Notes: a model not told the origin generated them from the sequence alone. Shown: positions 49,214-64,000, counted from the first letter of the stretch. The stretch: 64,000 nucleotides of DNA from Octopus bimaculoides (GCF_001194135.2 NC_068995.1:17570283-17634282), one strand, 5' to 3'. Translations and numbers: made by a program.

Positions 49214-50532
49214 TATACCGAGGAAGTGTGTGTGAGAGAGAGAGATTTCACTTCACCTGTCGTTAATTATATTTAAAATGAAGTATGTCAGAGCAGTGGG
49301 AATCAAGTTAGGCGCGTTTATATTTGTATTAAGTTACAAGTCTTTCCCTATTTAAGATGGTACTATGTAATTTGAGGGTGTTGTCGCTGATCTATCTAAC
49401 AGAACTCGTGATTTCGTAGTGGTGGCATCATCGGTATTCCTCCTTATCTTTAAGCTGATAATAAAGTAGAATAACAGTTCAAGAAGCTGAGTTCGAGTTC
49501 AGGCCATTTAGTTCGCACTACAAATAAAGTCTGGAAAAGTTTGAGCACTACATATTTCACACTCTCTGTCTTTGAAACGCACAGCTTACAACGTCAGATA
49601 CAAAGCAAATTGATGAAAACTTCAGCTGAATAATATTTTAAAGTGGTTTTGTGAAAGCTGAAAGAGAGGGTGAGATAAAGACAAAATAGTACAAGTAAAG
49701 CAAAGTACGGAAAGAAAACACCGGGAATTAAAAAGAAAACAGTTTCGATAATTTCCCTTCATTATATTTGATAATTAAGGAAGCTAAAATAAATTAGATC
49801 ACCAGAGAAAATTTTATCTTCATTACAGTTTGTTTGTTCAGAATTCTCAGATGTATGCGCCAAATAGTGGCTTGTAGTGTTCACTTGAGATTAGAGACGA
49901 TGAAAGCATATATCCTGTTAGAAATGAAAGAAGAAAAATGACTTGTTAATCCTTTGCACGTAGTTAGGATTGATGTCGGCTTATTAAAGTTGATATAAGC
50001 TGTCATCAATTGCGAATGATTCCTGGATCAAAGGTTAATGTGAAAGAGAGCACGGTTCTAAAATTGATCTCAAGCCGACATTCTAAGATAATTGACTACT
50101 ATCTCCACAGTAATTTTCTTTCTTCCTTTTTTTTTTCTTCTTTTTTTTAATAATTTATCCTGAAGAACTTCAACTCAAATAGCGTCTCTATTTCTCCTTG
50201 AAACCTTATTTTCTTTGTTTCATAAACAATTTGGAGTTGTTTAAGTGTCTTTAAGCGTCATTCTATCTCTCACAGATATCTACTCCTGGCCTTCTTTTAT
50301 CTCTTGTAGTTGTGTAGCGATAATCGTAGAAATAGAGGTCAAAAGATGCAATGCTGTCTCTCTAGATTCTTCTATTCACAGTTGCAAATTTCATTGAAGG
50401 TATATATTATAACATTTATTCTCAGCACGCATTGAAAAAGTATCTCTGATCACGCTGACTTATCATCTACTATGATCCACCTGAAAGTATACTGTCGTAT
50501 TATCGTACATGTTCGTCTATATTATCCCACAT

Positions 50533-50534
<2 letters not shown>

Positions 50535-50591
<57 letters not shown>
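50535..50591. repeat. (CT)n microsatellite
   Basis: Seen directly. Confidence 0.95.
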
Positions 50592-50594
<3 letters not shown>

Positions 50595-51229
50595 CAGAGA
50601 CTTTCTGTTTCAATTTGAGGGAAGTTTGGGAGTAATATTTTTGCAGATCAACTGACAATTGGATATATAAGATAACATTTTAAACATGCTAAAGCATTGA
50701 GTAACATAACGTTTTAGTTAAACTAAACTTAGTTTATGATGAATTATGGCTAAAACCGTTTGCAGTTATCACTGAACTACTAAGATATATACAAATGAAT
50801 TTAATACCATTTAATTTCGTCGCAGGCTAGAACTACGGTTTACAAAATTATAATCTTTATCATTAATGATGTAATATTAAAATTTCAGTTTACTCATTCG
50901 GTAAGCGAGGGTGAAGTTTTGTTTTAAGTGCCCATGCAATAGGCGCTCCTGGTAATTGTTTACGTTGTCATTCTTTCAATTTATTTGATTCGTCAATTTC
51001 CGCCTTCTCTTCTCCAGCGAACAGAAGTTTATAGTTACGATAAAGCAATTCTTCACTGAAGATGTCTGATAAGACCGAAGTATGCCTGTAGCTGTCACTG
51101 TACTTCTTAACATCACACATTTCATACCGAATTAATTATATTTAAATTGAATAGGAGAGACGCCTCTCTATCTGTCTATCTGTCTAGCTGTTTCTCTCTG
51201 GCTCTGTCTCTGTCTCTGTCTGTCTGTCC

Positions 51230-51283
<54 letters not shown>

Positions 51284-51869
51284 TTTATTCTGTATTTTCC
51301 CCTCTCAAATCTGTCCAATCATATAATAGCAAAAGTAATTATTTAGTAAGTGATTTTTTCTCGGCATTTAAGACGTAAGTTTGAATAAATAAAATGTCTT
51401 TGCTTATTATATCAAATATTTTGGATACGTTTTTTATCAAATCATTGATGTACTGCTACATTTACAATTATGTTATTTTTTATTTTATCTCTCACGAAAT
51501 GTGTTCTTGTATTAGGAATCATGTAGTTTTAAAAAGTGTCACTGCGAAGGCTCTCAGAAAATAAATATTTTTCTTCGGGGAAAAAAAATGATGATATATT
51601 ACTGAGCCAGAAGCAGAATTGGTGCAATGATTGAATACGAGTATATTTGTGTACGTTGTGTAACTACTTTACTTAATACAATTCATCGATAGAATATGTT
51701 TCATTACACCAGGTCGTTACATTACTCTATCTATCTGTCGCGCTGTTGCCCAGTGTATTCGTTTCAATCATTATTCAATACTTTCTTTCACCCCAATTTC
51801 ATCCTTGATTTTTTAGGCTTCGAATCAGAAGAGCCGGTAGAGAGTATTGGATACAATATCTGTGGATAT

Positions 51870-51960
51870 CTGTCACAAATCTGCGTTCTCTCTGTTCAAA
51901 TTGTACCGGGGTCGACATTGGATTCATAGATTTGGAATTCATAAAAAAATGTACCAATTC
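51870..51960 (+). mobile_element. Third-family SINE fragment
   Basis: gttcaaattgtaccggggtcgacattggattcat..aaatgtaccaatt. Confidence 0.5.
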
Positions 51961-52394
51961 AGAGGGCTTCATTCACAAAATTACTAGTGTCAACAAAATA
52001 TTTTTGCCGTAACATTTATTATACCTCAAGATCTGACAACACCACCTGCCAAAACATTGGTACCCAGTTATATCGGCCCAAGTCAAAGATATTTAATGAT
52101 TCATCACTGGCGTGGTTACGGGTTTGGTTTGTTTATGGGCTTTTACTTCTTCAAAATATCTTGCCTACGACTACATTCAAACGTAGATGAATGGTCGATT
52201 GTCATGTAGGGATTCTGTATTTCATATAGTAGGAAGATACTTTCTATTTTTGTGAAGTAAAACATTTTAGCTTTCAATTTCGACAATTTGAAAGTCATAT
52301 TACTTCCAATCAATGGTTTGATCATTGAATCATAATATAATGGCTTGAACTTGCAGCCCAACGCCACAAATTTTTAATATAACGATTGAGTCGA

Positions 52395-52500
52395 TTACAT
52401 TTGGACCCATGTTTGATCATTACTACTCTATCTATCATTTCCAAAAGAATGAAAACCAAAGTCAACCTCGGCGGAATTTGAGCTAAAAATGTAAAAAAAA
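52395..52500 (-). mobile_element. Third-family SINE fragment
   Basis: gaatgaaaaccaaagtcaacctcggcggaatttgagct. Confidence 0.65.
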
Positions 52501-53279
52501 ATTGTAATATTATTTGGATTGGACGCCTAGCAGAATTTGTTCGGGCCATTTCGGTTCTTAGCTCATATCTACACGTGAACGACATAGGTGAGAGACTTCA
52601 CAAGTTTCCCAATTAACTGACAACGTTAAGTACTTTTAATGGAATTCAATTTGTTGCAAATATTTGGACTATGGTATCTGTTGAGAATTCCTTTCCCGTT
52701 CTTTCTGAACTACTTCGGAGTCCTAGTAATGGATGGCGAGTGCTGTTTCCCAAATCTATTATAAGATCGAAATGGATACGTTTATCTATGTAAAATAAAA
52801 CATGTGTTTTATAGAATTTAGTTGAATAAATATAATGTAGATAGTCATAATTGTTTAGATTTGCATGAACAGATATTAAGAAAAAGTCCGTGCTATGCGA
52901 ATATAATCCGCTACGCCACTGTGTTATATTTTGAAAATAAAGGGATGCATAATCCATGCTCGAAATATGATCTCATATTCATCCTACTATATTTCCCAAT
53001 TATTAGGTACTATACTTTCCAAATGTAAGCTTCAAAGTTTTCATCAAAATGCACCTTGCCGAAGATCGATGCTCTCGTGTTCGATATTATCTGATTATGG
53101 AAGTATTCTACTGTTATAGTCCTACGTATGTAGGCTGCTTCGGTGTTATTTACAGACCTGGAATGAAATTTTAACAATAATTATCTGATGTATATGCCAA
53201 GCTTGAAGGATTCGTGTAGCAGTTTGTAAGCAACAAAATCCTTAACCTGGAAGTGTACAGTACAATGGGCTGATGTATC

Positions 53280-53440
53280 GCCTGACAGCTAGACAAAACC
53301 GATATATATTCTATAACAAATGATCTCTGAACATTCTTGGTTCAAATTCTGCTGAGGTCGATTTTGGCATTCATACTTTTGTAGACGATAAATGATTACT
53401 TGTAGATCACTGGGGTCGATGTAATCGCTTTAGCCCCTAT
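53280..53440 (+). mobile_element. Third-family SINE
   Basis: ggttcaaattctgctgaggtcgattttggcattcat..cactggggtcgatgtaatcg. Confidence 0.65.
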
Positions 53441-54407
53441 ATTAAGAAATACTGGATGTGTGGTAACATTTGAAGCTATTACCATACAAATAATTGAAAG
53501 ATCAGCCTATGGATTGATTTATTTGGAAGCAGCACAGGAACATGTCGATTTTTTTTTAAGAGAGGAAAAATGCTTTGAATGATTGAAGCTAAATTAGATC
53601 TGACAAACACTTAGAGGGATGAAGCAGTGACCGTGTCAAACTAGACTAAAGTATTGAGTTCTTCACCGAAATGAAACTAAATCTGTACATGTAATTTTTC
53701 TGAGAGTATCGGTTCAACTGGCGCCATGCTAAAGATGAATTGCATTGGTAGTACTCCCTCTGTACGGTCAAAAAAAGAAAGATACTAATTGCGAAGTTAA
53801 CGGCTTAAAACACAATTATGAGTACGCCATATGCATTGAATACAGTGCTTCCGAACAAGCATTTAAAGGGAGCGAATTTCATATGCGCAATGTTTAAGTT
53901 AAACTGGGAATTCAGTACGTTGGAATCTTAACTCCTTTTGAGCAGCTACGCATATCGAAATACCGAAATATTAAAACAAATATAATACAAATAGAAACTG
54001 CAGGAAATGATACTTATACGTTAATGTGGAAATTACTGAAAGGTATTTCTGATCATCGAGTACACATTATCATACACTTAGTCATAATGATCTTTTTACA
54101 AAATCTATCACCTTACCAATCTCTGGAATATTTATTTTTCCGTCAAAAATCCTTTGTCTTAGATAACATATATTTAGCAACGATTATTTTCTTATCAATA
54201 TCAGTAATAGGCTATTAGCAATCTCATTCTGATTTTAATTTTCCCACTGTTTTCTTATTTTTTCCCTTTTATTTCTTCATTATTTACATAAAAGAGTTAT
54301 TCCTTTGTCTCGTATCGGGTTGAAACTAAATATAGCACGATTCCTTCACGTGTGCAACAATAATTTCAATATACGTTTTATCAATACTTCACACATAAAC
54401 AAGAACA

Positions 54408-54452
<45 letters not shown>

Positions 54453-54462
54453 NNNNNNNNNN

Positions 54463-54503
<41 letters not shown>

Positions 54504-54570
54504 TCACTCACAAATACACACACAAACACACACACAAACACCACATACGCATACATAACCGCAGTCACAA

Positions 54571-54613
<43 letters not shown>

Positions 54614-54954
54614 CGTATATATCAAATGATATGAAGATATATCATTCGAATTGTTTTTAATCTAGGTATACATGTCCACCTCGCCGGGATACTGAACAGG
54701 CTTCCTAAATGACCACAATGTATTTTTGTCAATACGTTGGTCTTAGAATATAATAAAATCAAATGCAATATGAGTTAAAATAACCTATATCAAACATGAA
54801 GAAAAATGGCAATATTGTATCCAACCAAATTTACATAAACCTACAACACACAGATACACACTTCCATGTATGCACTCGCATACGCACGCACACATATATT
54901 TGTGTGTGTGTGTGTGTGTATATGTATACACACACACACACACATACACACACA

Positions 54955-55006
<52 letters not shown>

Positions 55007-55318
55007 NNNNNNNNNNNNNNNNNNNNNNNNNNNNNNNNNNNNNNNNNNNNNNNNNNNNNNNNNNNNNNNNNNNNNNNNNNNNNNNNNNNNNNNNNNNNNN
55101 NNNNNNNNNNNNNNNNNNNNNNNNNNNNNNNNNNNNNNNNNNNNNNNNNNNNNNNNNNNNNNNNNNNNNNNNNNNNNNNNNNNNNNNNNNNNNNNNNNNN
55201 NNNNNNNNNNNNNNNNNNNNNNNNNNNNNNNNNNNNNNNNNNNNNNNNNNNNNNNNNNNNNNNNNNNNNNNNNNNNNNNNNNNNNNNNNNNNNNNNNNNN
55301 NNNNNNNNNNNNNNNNNN

Positions 55319-55393
<75 letters not shown>

Positions 55394-56829
55394 AACATAT
55401 ATATACGTATACACACACAGGCATAAAAGATAGATACAGACACACACTGACACACACTCACAAATAAGCAAACACATATACACACTCATACATACACACA
55501 TACATACACGCATACATACATATATATATATGTATGTGTGTGTGTGTGTGTGTATATAGTGTATTTGTGTCACAAAATTTGACAATTAGGTAATCACTGT
55601 TGAAATAATGGATTATTAAGAGACAGTTTAATGAGACAAAAGAAAGAAATTCAGAAAAAAACTCAGACGAGGAATATGTTCGGTGTTATCATAAAAGTTC
55701 ATTGGAGAAAATAACTTCCAGTACATGAGAATGAAGGAAAGGGTGCATCAATACAGGAGACGTGATGATAAAACCCGCACCCGTATACACTTCATTGTTT
55801 ATGTATGCAAAAGTGTCAGTATTTCATCGACGGGAAAGTCTAAAGCATATTCAGCAGAACTGAAATCACAGTCTGTGGCTCCAAAGAGTTTGTTATCAAT
55901 AATGAAGGAAATACATCGACAAGTGTGCTTGGCTATAATGTCCGTTCCACTGAACGTATGAATTTATGTACGCAATAAATTACCAATGCACAGGTTATTG
56001 GATATTCATATTTTTATACGCATAAATGTATTGAAGATATATAATCGTTATACTTTTTAACTGAAGAATGTTCAAAGATGTAAAACTACTCAATGTTGAT
56101 CAATTCAGTATTGAACAATTCAGTGTAAGTAATTTCAATATTTAAATGTTTCACATAATATAAAATATATAAAATTAGAATTTCAAAAAGTCAAATATGA
56201 ATTAGCATGACAAAGCAAAAACATCCATTCAAAGAAAAGTGTGTTAGAATCGTTTAAAGTCAGTGTGGATCAATGTGAAAACTTTCCCTTCCAGGAATAC
56301 GTGCGTAAATTTCTGTACGACGTAAATATGAATACTGAGAGAGAAAATGAAGTATGAAAGTCTGAAAGAACTTTCGACATTGAATCTCTCACAATTTAGA
56401 CAGACGTATTTTTGCACTATTTCTAGTTGTGTGGACGCAGGATTCATTTACAATATTTTTACTTCAATAGAGAATTTACTAAGTGATTCGTGAACAACGA
56501 ACAATCTGTCAAAAGTTAAAAGCAAGTAAAAAGAATGCAGCCATTGACCAGTTGAATGCATGGTCATGTTTTTGATCCACTCCTAATAACTAATGAAAAA
56601 CAGGCGAATGAATAAAAGGCGGAGAGTGTGATTTCAAGGAGTTTTGGCAAATTAAAGCTCAAATTCTCTTGTAACTGACTCTTTAAAAACTATTCGAAAA
56701 CCAGCAATTGGTGTGTGATTTGAATTATATGAGGTTGAATAACTAATTTTAATTGAGACGCAGGGACTTCAAATATGAGGGGAGCAGCTATTTGAATTGG
56801 ACAACAATGCTCTGGTACCGACAGGGTGG

Positions 56830-56935
56830 ACATTAACGTCAGCCTCGGCTGGTTTTGAACTCAATATCTTAAGAATTGAAACAAATACTGTATGAAATTT
56901 CTCTGGTAAGCTATATAGATTCTGCGGCTGTGAAT
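56830..56935 (-). mobile_element. Third-family SINE, degenerate
   Basis: aacgtcagcctcggctggttttgaactc..gattctgcggc. Confidence 0.45.
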
Positions 56936-57359
56936 AAAATATAAAATCCATGAACTATAATGCTGGAGCTCAGTTTAGTTGCGATGTAAACTGTTAACTG
57001 AGAGATGTATATAAAGTAATTCGAAATTTAGGAAGTTAATAAGGTGAAAAATTGGAAGAAAGGAAAATAATAAATCGCAAATGAAAGAGGGTTTAAGGGG
57101 ACATAATATTTAAACAATACGTATAAAAAGTTACCTTTACCAACGAACAAAACATTGCTTTTAAATGACAGATTTGAATTGATGTTAAGTATTGGGGAGA
57201 TAATTTCAAGAATACGGGAAATAAGAAACACGTCTTATACAATTGGTTACGAAGTTTGTAGTATTTAGTGTGAGTTTAAATAAATTCAATACAAAAATCC
57301 TTCCTACTAAAGGTACAATGCCTGAATTTTGTTTTTGGGGGCGGGATGGTGGTGGGGGA

Positions 57360-57505
57360 TGGTCGTTGCATCGATCCCAGAGTTTGCCGACCCCGAAAGG
57401 ATGAAATGCAAAGTCAACCTGGGCAGAATTTGAACTTAGAACGTAAGACGGACGAAATTCCGCTAAGTATTCTGCCTGTCGTGCTAACAATTCTACCAGC
57501 TCGCT
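57360..57505 (-). mobile_element. Third-family SINE, well preserved
   Basis: gaccccgaaaggatgaaatgcaaagtcaacctgggcagaatttgaacttagaacgtaagacggacgaaattccgctaagtatt..gtgctaacaattctaccagctcgc. Confidence 0.8.
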
Positions 57506-58694
57506 TGCATTACATTCAAGAGAATAATGAAAATTAACTCAGCTATGTGACCAGCAAGTAATTCTCGTGGGTGTGATATTCAAATAATGCCAGTTTAAAT
57601 AATATTAGGTATTCGACAAGTGGTAACGTGTGAAACAAGAAGTGTACTAGATTCGAAATGACGAGAAAAAAATAAAAAATAAAGTAAACTTTGTACAAGA
57701 AATGATAAGTTTGGATTCGGTTGTGGAACAAATTGCATTCGAGTGAAAAAAATTGAATATTCGTGTCTAGTGCTTCGTAGGTAAACCAGAATTTCGCAAA
57801 TAAACAGTTGACGTTAATTGTATGGTATATACATACGATATAATGAAAATAAGTAATAATAATTTTAGATAGCATTCTAAACAACAGTGTGCTGGGGAAT
57901 GAGCTTCGGGAAGGTGGCAACCAGAACTATTGTAAGGAGATAATGTTGAATATTGTTTAAGTCGATTGCGTTCAGACGCCATTAAGTTATTTAGAATCAG
58001 TTGAAATAAGAACAATATTAATATAAAAATGGATCGTATTTCACAGAAACTTTTTAGAGGAAAGTGTTATAGAAAGGATTTCTGTATTCAATTTCCTATT
58101 TTCGCATGTTTTTAACATCCCCTATTTTCCACACAAATTAGTTTCGTTTCGTTTGTGAGAGGGTGTGCATTATACTTCGTTTTATGACATTTTACCGATA
58201 CTCCAGCTTCATCTAGTCAAGGATAATCAAGAATAACCTCAATTTGAAAGCAATATTTTAATACTTTAACGCTAAGGCAGGTGTCTCTGAGTTCCACTGC
58301 TACCATGACAAGCAATTATATTCCTTTTTTAAATACAAATTTAAAGGCTGAGTCAAGAGAGGGGAGTTCCAACTAGACGAAATCTCCAGCCAGTTTTAAT
58401 GCATGTCTCCGGTATTCAAGCTGTTAAAATGTGTCAGCGCCCAATGGGTGTAAGAGGTTAAGTGCTGAAACGCTTCTCAGAGTGGGGTTCCTTTCCCGAA
58501 GATTTTCTCCTGTCCTGCTCTCTTTCGCGTTTCTAACCAATCGTATTTCGAAGCCATGTATTTTAAGGCGCTTATCTAATTGTTTTTTTTTGTCTTGTTT
58601 TAATGTATATATTTACTCCATTATTGCTAGATTTTTCATTTAATCGTACTCCAATATAATGAGGGTATCAGAGATTTATACAAGGCTAGCAGCT

Positions 58695-58780
58695 TTATCT
58701 ATTACATCAATACATTGTTCAGGTGGCAATTTATTTTATCAATCACCTGAAGGTGAAAGCCAGAGTTGACCAGGGACGAA
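58695..58780 (-). mobile_element. Third-family SINE, degenerate
   Basis: attacatcaat..tttattttatcaatcacctgaaggtgaaagccagagttgacc. Confidence 0.45.
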
Positions 58781-60525
58781 AATAAACACACACCATAGCT
58801 AGAAAAAGATAACTCAAAGTATTTAGTTGGAATCATTGAAAGATAATACAAATTTGGCCCAGTAGGATTTCAATACCAAAAAAGGACAAAACAAAAAAAA
58901 AATAACACTGAATTCTTCAAACCTTCGAAGCATATCGCACTGTAGGTGAACGAGAACGATGGATATCGATGTTTTTCTGTTATAGATTGAGTGATGTTTC
59001 TAATATCTATATTATCAGAGTGACTTCTAATTCAAATTTTAATTGTTTCATTTGTATGCCGATGTTGCACGTCAGTAGAGAGATTTTACACTCTTGGCCT
59101 TTATACCTCAGACCAGTGTTTCAAATTCGTTTGGAGGAGTCTCTGGTACAGTATGCCGATGGGCTGAAATAACAGCGAAGTTTTGATATTCACCTTTCTC
59201 GTTGACCTGGGGACCAATGCGTTTCACTCTACTTCAGTTATTTTGTATATTTTTAACATCCAACCTCTTAAAGGATGTTTCCTTGGGCTAGAATCGTCAG
59301 CTATCACATATGTGACAGCCATAATTTTTACACCAAGATCTGACGCTAATCTGGACATATATGTCTCAATTGGATATCTCCAAAATAAATATTAGTAGAA
59401 ATGCTTTACTTTATATATTTAACCATATCACACCATTCCCGATGATACAGTCTGACAATTATTAGCTGGTTGAATGACAATAAGAATTATATTTTCTAAT
59501 GGCATTTGTTATTTCCTTTATATTTAAACTTTGTGGAGTCATGTTATATCATCTTCCTCCCAGTGTCAAAATTAAGATATATTCTTTTGTTAAATATGTC
59601 TAAATTATATAATATAACGAATATCAACTATTCATGCCGTCGACGTAAATGTATATTTTATTGAGATAATAAATATTTTTTGTACATTTTCAGCATAACC
59701 GAATCTTAACTGAGTATCACTTCCTCCATAAACCATAGAATACATATATTCTGTCATTGAGAAGTTTAGCACTATCGTAGTTTCCGTTCACTGGTTTTAT
59801 ACCTTTGTTGAAGCTAGTTAACCATTACTGGTTTCGTTCTCCATAGAGATTGAATCTATATATTTGATAGAATACGACCTGCATCGCTTGAGTTATTTTC
59901 AATGGGTATCTCAAGAAACGAACGATCTAAGAGCCGGTCTAGTGTTATGCAACGGAACATTCATGACATTACTTATTCAAATATTTAATATCAAATATAC
60001 ATGCTATCTGGTAATATTTGAAGCAAATGATACAATACATGACAAAACTGAAATGATGTACAGTTTTTATAGCATTGAAAGGAATTTCGTTGAACTGACC
60101 TTTATCTTAAACTTCCTCAACGTATTTCGTAGAGTGTACACAAGAACAGACATTTAGTGTTATATCATGTGAGTTGTTGCTTTGTATTGATTAATACGGT
60201 ACTTTTAGAAAAAGCAGATCTGCTGTTGGCCAAATGGACGATAGAGTAGAATATAATCGATAACTCGTATTCATTTATTTGCAGAATGCAAAGTGAGTGT
60301 TCAAGAACTGTAAATACCTCACATAGCTTCAATCTATATTGCCTGAAAGATCGCACGAAGCGAGAAACTTTAACCTACAAGGAAGTAAAACATTACCTCC
60401 AAATGAATAAATATGCTTCCGACCATGTATTCGGCAATTTCTATTCCTTGAACATATCTAAACATATAAGCACACAAGAATGCTTGCATATAGATAGATC
60501 TGATGTGTATGGAAATTTTCATACG

Positions 60526-60567
<42 letters not shown>

Positions 60568-60603
60568 NNNNNNNNNNNNNNNNNNNNNNNNNNNNNNNNN
60601 NNN

Positions 60604-60637
<34 letters not shown>

Positions 60638-63600
60638 ATTTAAATAATAAAGGTGTAAAACTGAATATTAATTTGAGTAATATCAATTTAAAAACCGTGG
60701 CCTACCATATTGAAAAATCTGAAGATTCAGAAAAATTATATTACATACATATAAGAGGGATGGCCACTAAGTGGACATCCATTATGCTAGAACAAAACCA
60801 CCTATGGTCTGACCACTAAGAAAAGATGGTTCTCAAGAAAATTCAGCAAATGCCAGAACGTAAGGAAGCAAGACAAATGAAAAGGTACAAAATATAAAGA
60901 TTAATCACAAACCCGGTATAATTCATATTAAAAAATAACCTTATTTATCTTAAGTTTGAAAAATAAAAGCATTAAAAAAGCCGGGTTTTTTTTTATGGGA
61001 TGACCTAATATATATACGTACACACACAGGTGTCTACTTGCACATGTTGACATCATTTTGTGCTATATACACAGTTGCTTATATCAAAAATTCATTTGTT
61101 GTATTATTGTAACAAAAATGCTTTGTCAAATTCAGCTATTGTATGCATTCCCTTGTCTATATTCTGAAGTGCCGGTGTAAGTGATGTGAATTTTTAAGCT
61201 GTAGAATACGATAGGTCGGATGCAATGTTAAGATATGCTGTAAGAAGTAGAATAATGTGCATAAACCTGCCTGAGGAGTTAGTTTTATACGACTGATAGT
61301 TTCTTCAAAGTTACGATCAAATGTTACACTATTTCAGAGAAAGATTTATAGAACAGAGTTCTGCAAGTAAAGCTGCATCAGCAGTTAGTTTACAAGGTTG
61401 GTATTTTTGTGCACTCATTTATTTATCTATTTTCTTTTTCTCTTTCTGTGTTCACTTACTTTTATAAGGTGTGCCTTGGCACAGTGAAGAAAGACATTTA
61501 TATATTGGTATCCGTGCTCTGACCGCAATATTTTGTTGTCTAAGTATTATTATTTATATTCGAAAGTGATCTTTCTCATTCTTTTAAGCCAATGAAAGCA
61601 AAATAATACGAAGCGTTTATCATTGTTTACTTTTCTCAAATGAAAATAATTGGTGATTTAGATCGGGAGTTTACTAAAATTCTCTGTTTTGGACATAATT
61701 GAGTTAGGGAACAGTTAACCAACAGTTAATGTTAAATTTTTGTCAAGGTAATGAAATTTCCTCAGTGTGAGTTGCTGAAAATAGTAAAATATACATGTAT
61801 GAAGAAAAAGCTTATAAATATTATATTCATACTAAAGCAAATCAATGGACTCTAGAACTGCTAGACACAGCAACCAAATTTCGTTTCAAGCACAGCCTGT
61901 TTCTCTTCAAAAAAGCGGGATACCGACCATATATTCCATGATATTAAAATGACATGAACGTCACTGCTGGAATGCTTGTGTTCATAAACATGTAAAATCA
62001 GCACTGATATAGAGCAAAATAAGTACGGCAATTTAAACAATATGTTAGGGATACACATCGTTACTCTATTTTATGAATAACAGCTTTTTGTATTTTATGA
62101 ATAAGTGTTTTCTTTTACTGAGTCGTTATTTAATTGACGCTATTTCCCCATTTTAAACATAAAGGGAAGTGTCAAAACATTTGATAATGCAGCTACTTCG
62201 TTGGGTTTACCCACACGACCAATTCACTTTTCTCATGCTCTCCTAAATGATTTTTTTCTTATCCAAGTAGGTGAGATTAAAGAAAAATAAATCAAAATAT
62301 CTGATTGATGCTGATGTCAGTCATGTGAAATGTAAATTTTCGACGAGTAGGGTATGATACAAAATCCTTTGAAAAATATAAGTAAATTGGTATTTTTGAA
62401 AAATATACGAAAATCAAACAATCAACATGTCTTATTATTCTAAGCATTAAAAATTTAATGATAAAGCGACGAAAACATTTTCTTGTAGAACATCTTGTAC
62501 GTCAAGATATCCAGGAATATGCTATTGTGTGTTCAAGTCATTCAAATAAAAAAATTTAATTTTGATGTGAAATTTAAAAGAAAAAAAAAATCGCCCTAGG
62601 GAGAAGGAATACTTATCCTGTGAAATATAATCAATATATTTATATCCCTAATTTCTTTCCTTTTGTAACATAAATTCTCTAAATTTTATTATATAAACTT
62701 CCACAAGCAATGAAAGCACACAAGTAATTTCCATTCTTAAATTTTTCCATATATCCTGTAACTATCAATGTTAAGTGACTACCAAACAAACACGTTCAGA
62801 TGTTTTGGTAAAAACGATCATGGATATAAACTTTCACACACCAGTGAACAACTGAAATGTACTAATTATTGCATATGCAGGGTAATATATTTAATTTTGC
62901 ATTTGGTTATAATTCTTGATTTTGCCTATTAATTATATGTCATAAAGGCTGCACATCTACGATGTATGATCTCTGGTAATCATCATAACATGTGACCTAA
63001 AACTCAAGTAAATATCGTGTTCATGTAAAAATCAAGAATAATTTGTAACTTTAAGATAACGATTTGTCAGGAGTTAAAAAATATATAGTAGATATCCACA
63101 TGGTTTAGGCATTTGCCTGAAGATATTCTGTTCCGAAATCAAAACATATCAACTTACTTCAGTTTGCTTTCTTCCTTTTTTTTTTTAGCGATGCATAACC
63201 GTCGAAATGCTAATTCTACGATTTTTGCAATGACCGTCTTAGGCTACATGGCAGTATAATCACACGTATCTATAGAGATATGTGAATTTGTTCATAATTA
63301 TACGTCGATGTATGTGACGATGAAAAAATTACATACATACGTATATACATACATAGAGACAGACAGAAAGGCAGACATACATACATATACACAGACGCAC
63401 ATGCACACAGATATATATACATATATATATATATATATACTTTTTATAAAGCTGCAAAAACATCACGAAACTGTTACTCAGAAGAATTTCATGTTCTGTT
63501 AGTTAAGCTCTCCTGATCAAGACTGTAATGAAATTGTGATGGCACATGTAATATATGATTTGATTTAAACCGATTTAACGAAAAAACATTCCAATTTGAA

Positions 63601-63945
63601 TGGATTACTTATGTTTTAGTTATTATTTTTAAAATAAGTTACAACAGTGTTGCATTCGCTAAGGTTTGGATTGGTTAAGGTGCATAAATTGAAACTAAAA
63701 TATAAATATATTATTATATTATATAATATCGAAACAACCTTGAGTGAAAAGGGGAGTAATGCATGTCCGGATGAGGTTGGATAATAATTAATAGAGGCGT
63801 TAGCTTGTATAAATTTAAAAACCTTGGATTGAAATTGTTCCTAGGTTGAAAAATTCAATAACGAATATGTGGTGCATATACACATATACATCCAAACACA
63901 CACACACACTCAAACACATGCGCAGAGACACACACATACATACAT

Positions 63946-63983
<38 letters not shown>

Positions 63984-64000
63984 ACACACACACACACACA

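Noticed and set aside
58266-58461. TTAA-bounded 190-bp block (piggyBac MITE?)
   Set aside because: The two ends are not inverted repeats of each other.
15675-58780. Apparent minus-strand bias of SINE copies (about 10 minus vs 4 plus)
   Set aside because: The sample is too small and the detection by eye too incomplete to infer host transcription direction.
3149-60819. Long ORFs (up to 328 aa) in the supplied track that are mostly X
   Set aside because: They are open only because they run through N-gaps.
60974-60994. aaaaaagccgggttttttttt resembling an intrinsic terminator
   Set aside because: Eukaryotic context and a trivial stem. Chance A/T runs.
2354-63997. Numerous HT/CV/IY/poly-I/L/R/N/V ORFs
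   Set aside because: These are translations of di-, tri- and tetranucleotide microsatellites.

Overview
AT-rich, microsatellite-saturated eukaryotic DNA with ten N-gaps (3313-3631, 4968-5697, 6642-7180, 14451-14633, 15275-15284, 18144-18641, 32126-32376, 54453-54462, 55007-55318, 60568-60603), each flanked by simple repeats. The repeat content resembles a cephalopod (probably Octopus) genome; this is an inference from recalled SINE families and composition, not a database result. I found no intact protein-coding gene, rRNA, true tRNA or CRISPR array. Nearly all ORFs in the supplied track are microsatellite or gap artefacts, or pieces of decayed transposons. Recognisable content is mostly fossil mobile DNA: two Tc1/mariner transposases (one DD37D/maT-type), a probable Helitron fragment, three Penelope-like (PLE) GIY-YIG remnants, a CR1/L2-group LINE 3' end, R4/Dong-type and HERO-type RLE LINE fragments, and many tRNA-derived SINE copies. 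The most notable signal is RNA-structural: at least seven type I hammerhead-ribozyme-like motifs from about three sequence families. They include a convergent pair with canonical cores (43309-43396 +, 43697-43780 -) and a Penelope remnant bracketed by inverted hammerhead arms, with a tRNA-like Pol III head fused to the right arm (9416-10280). The window also shows a LINE and a SINE family sharing a 3' hairpin tail. A few short candidate exons have good splice signals but could not be assigned to a gene. All folds and translations were done by eye, and ribozyme activity is untested.
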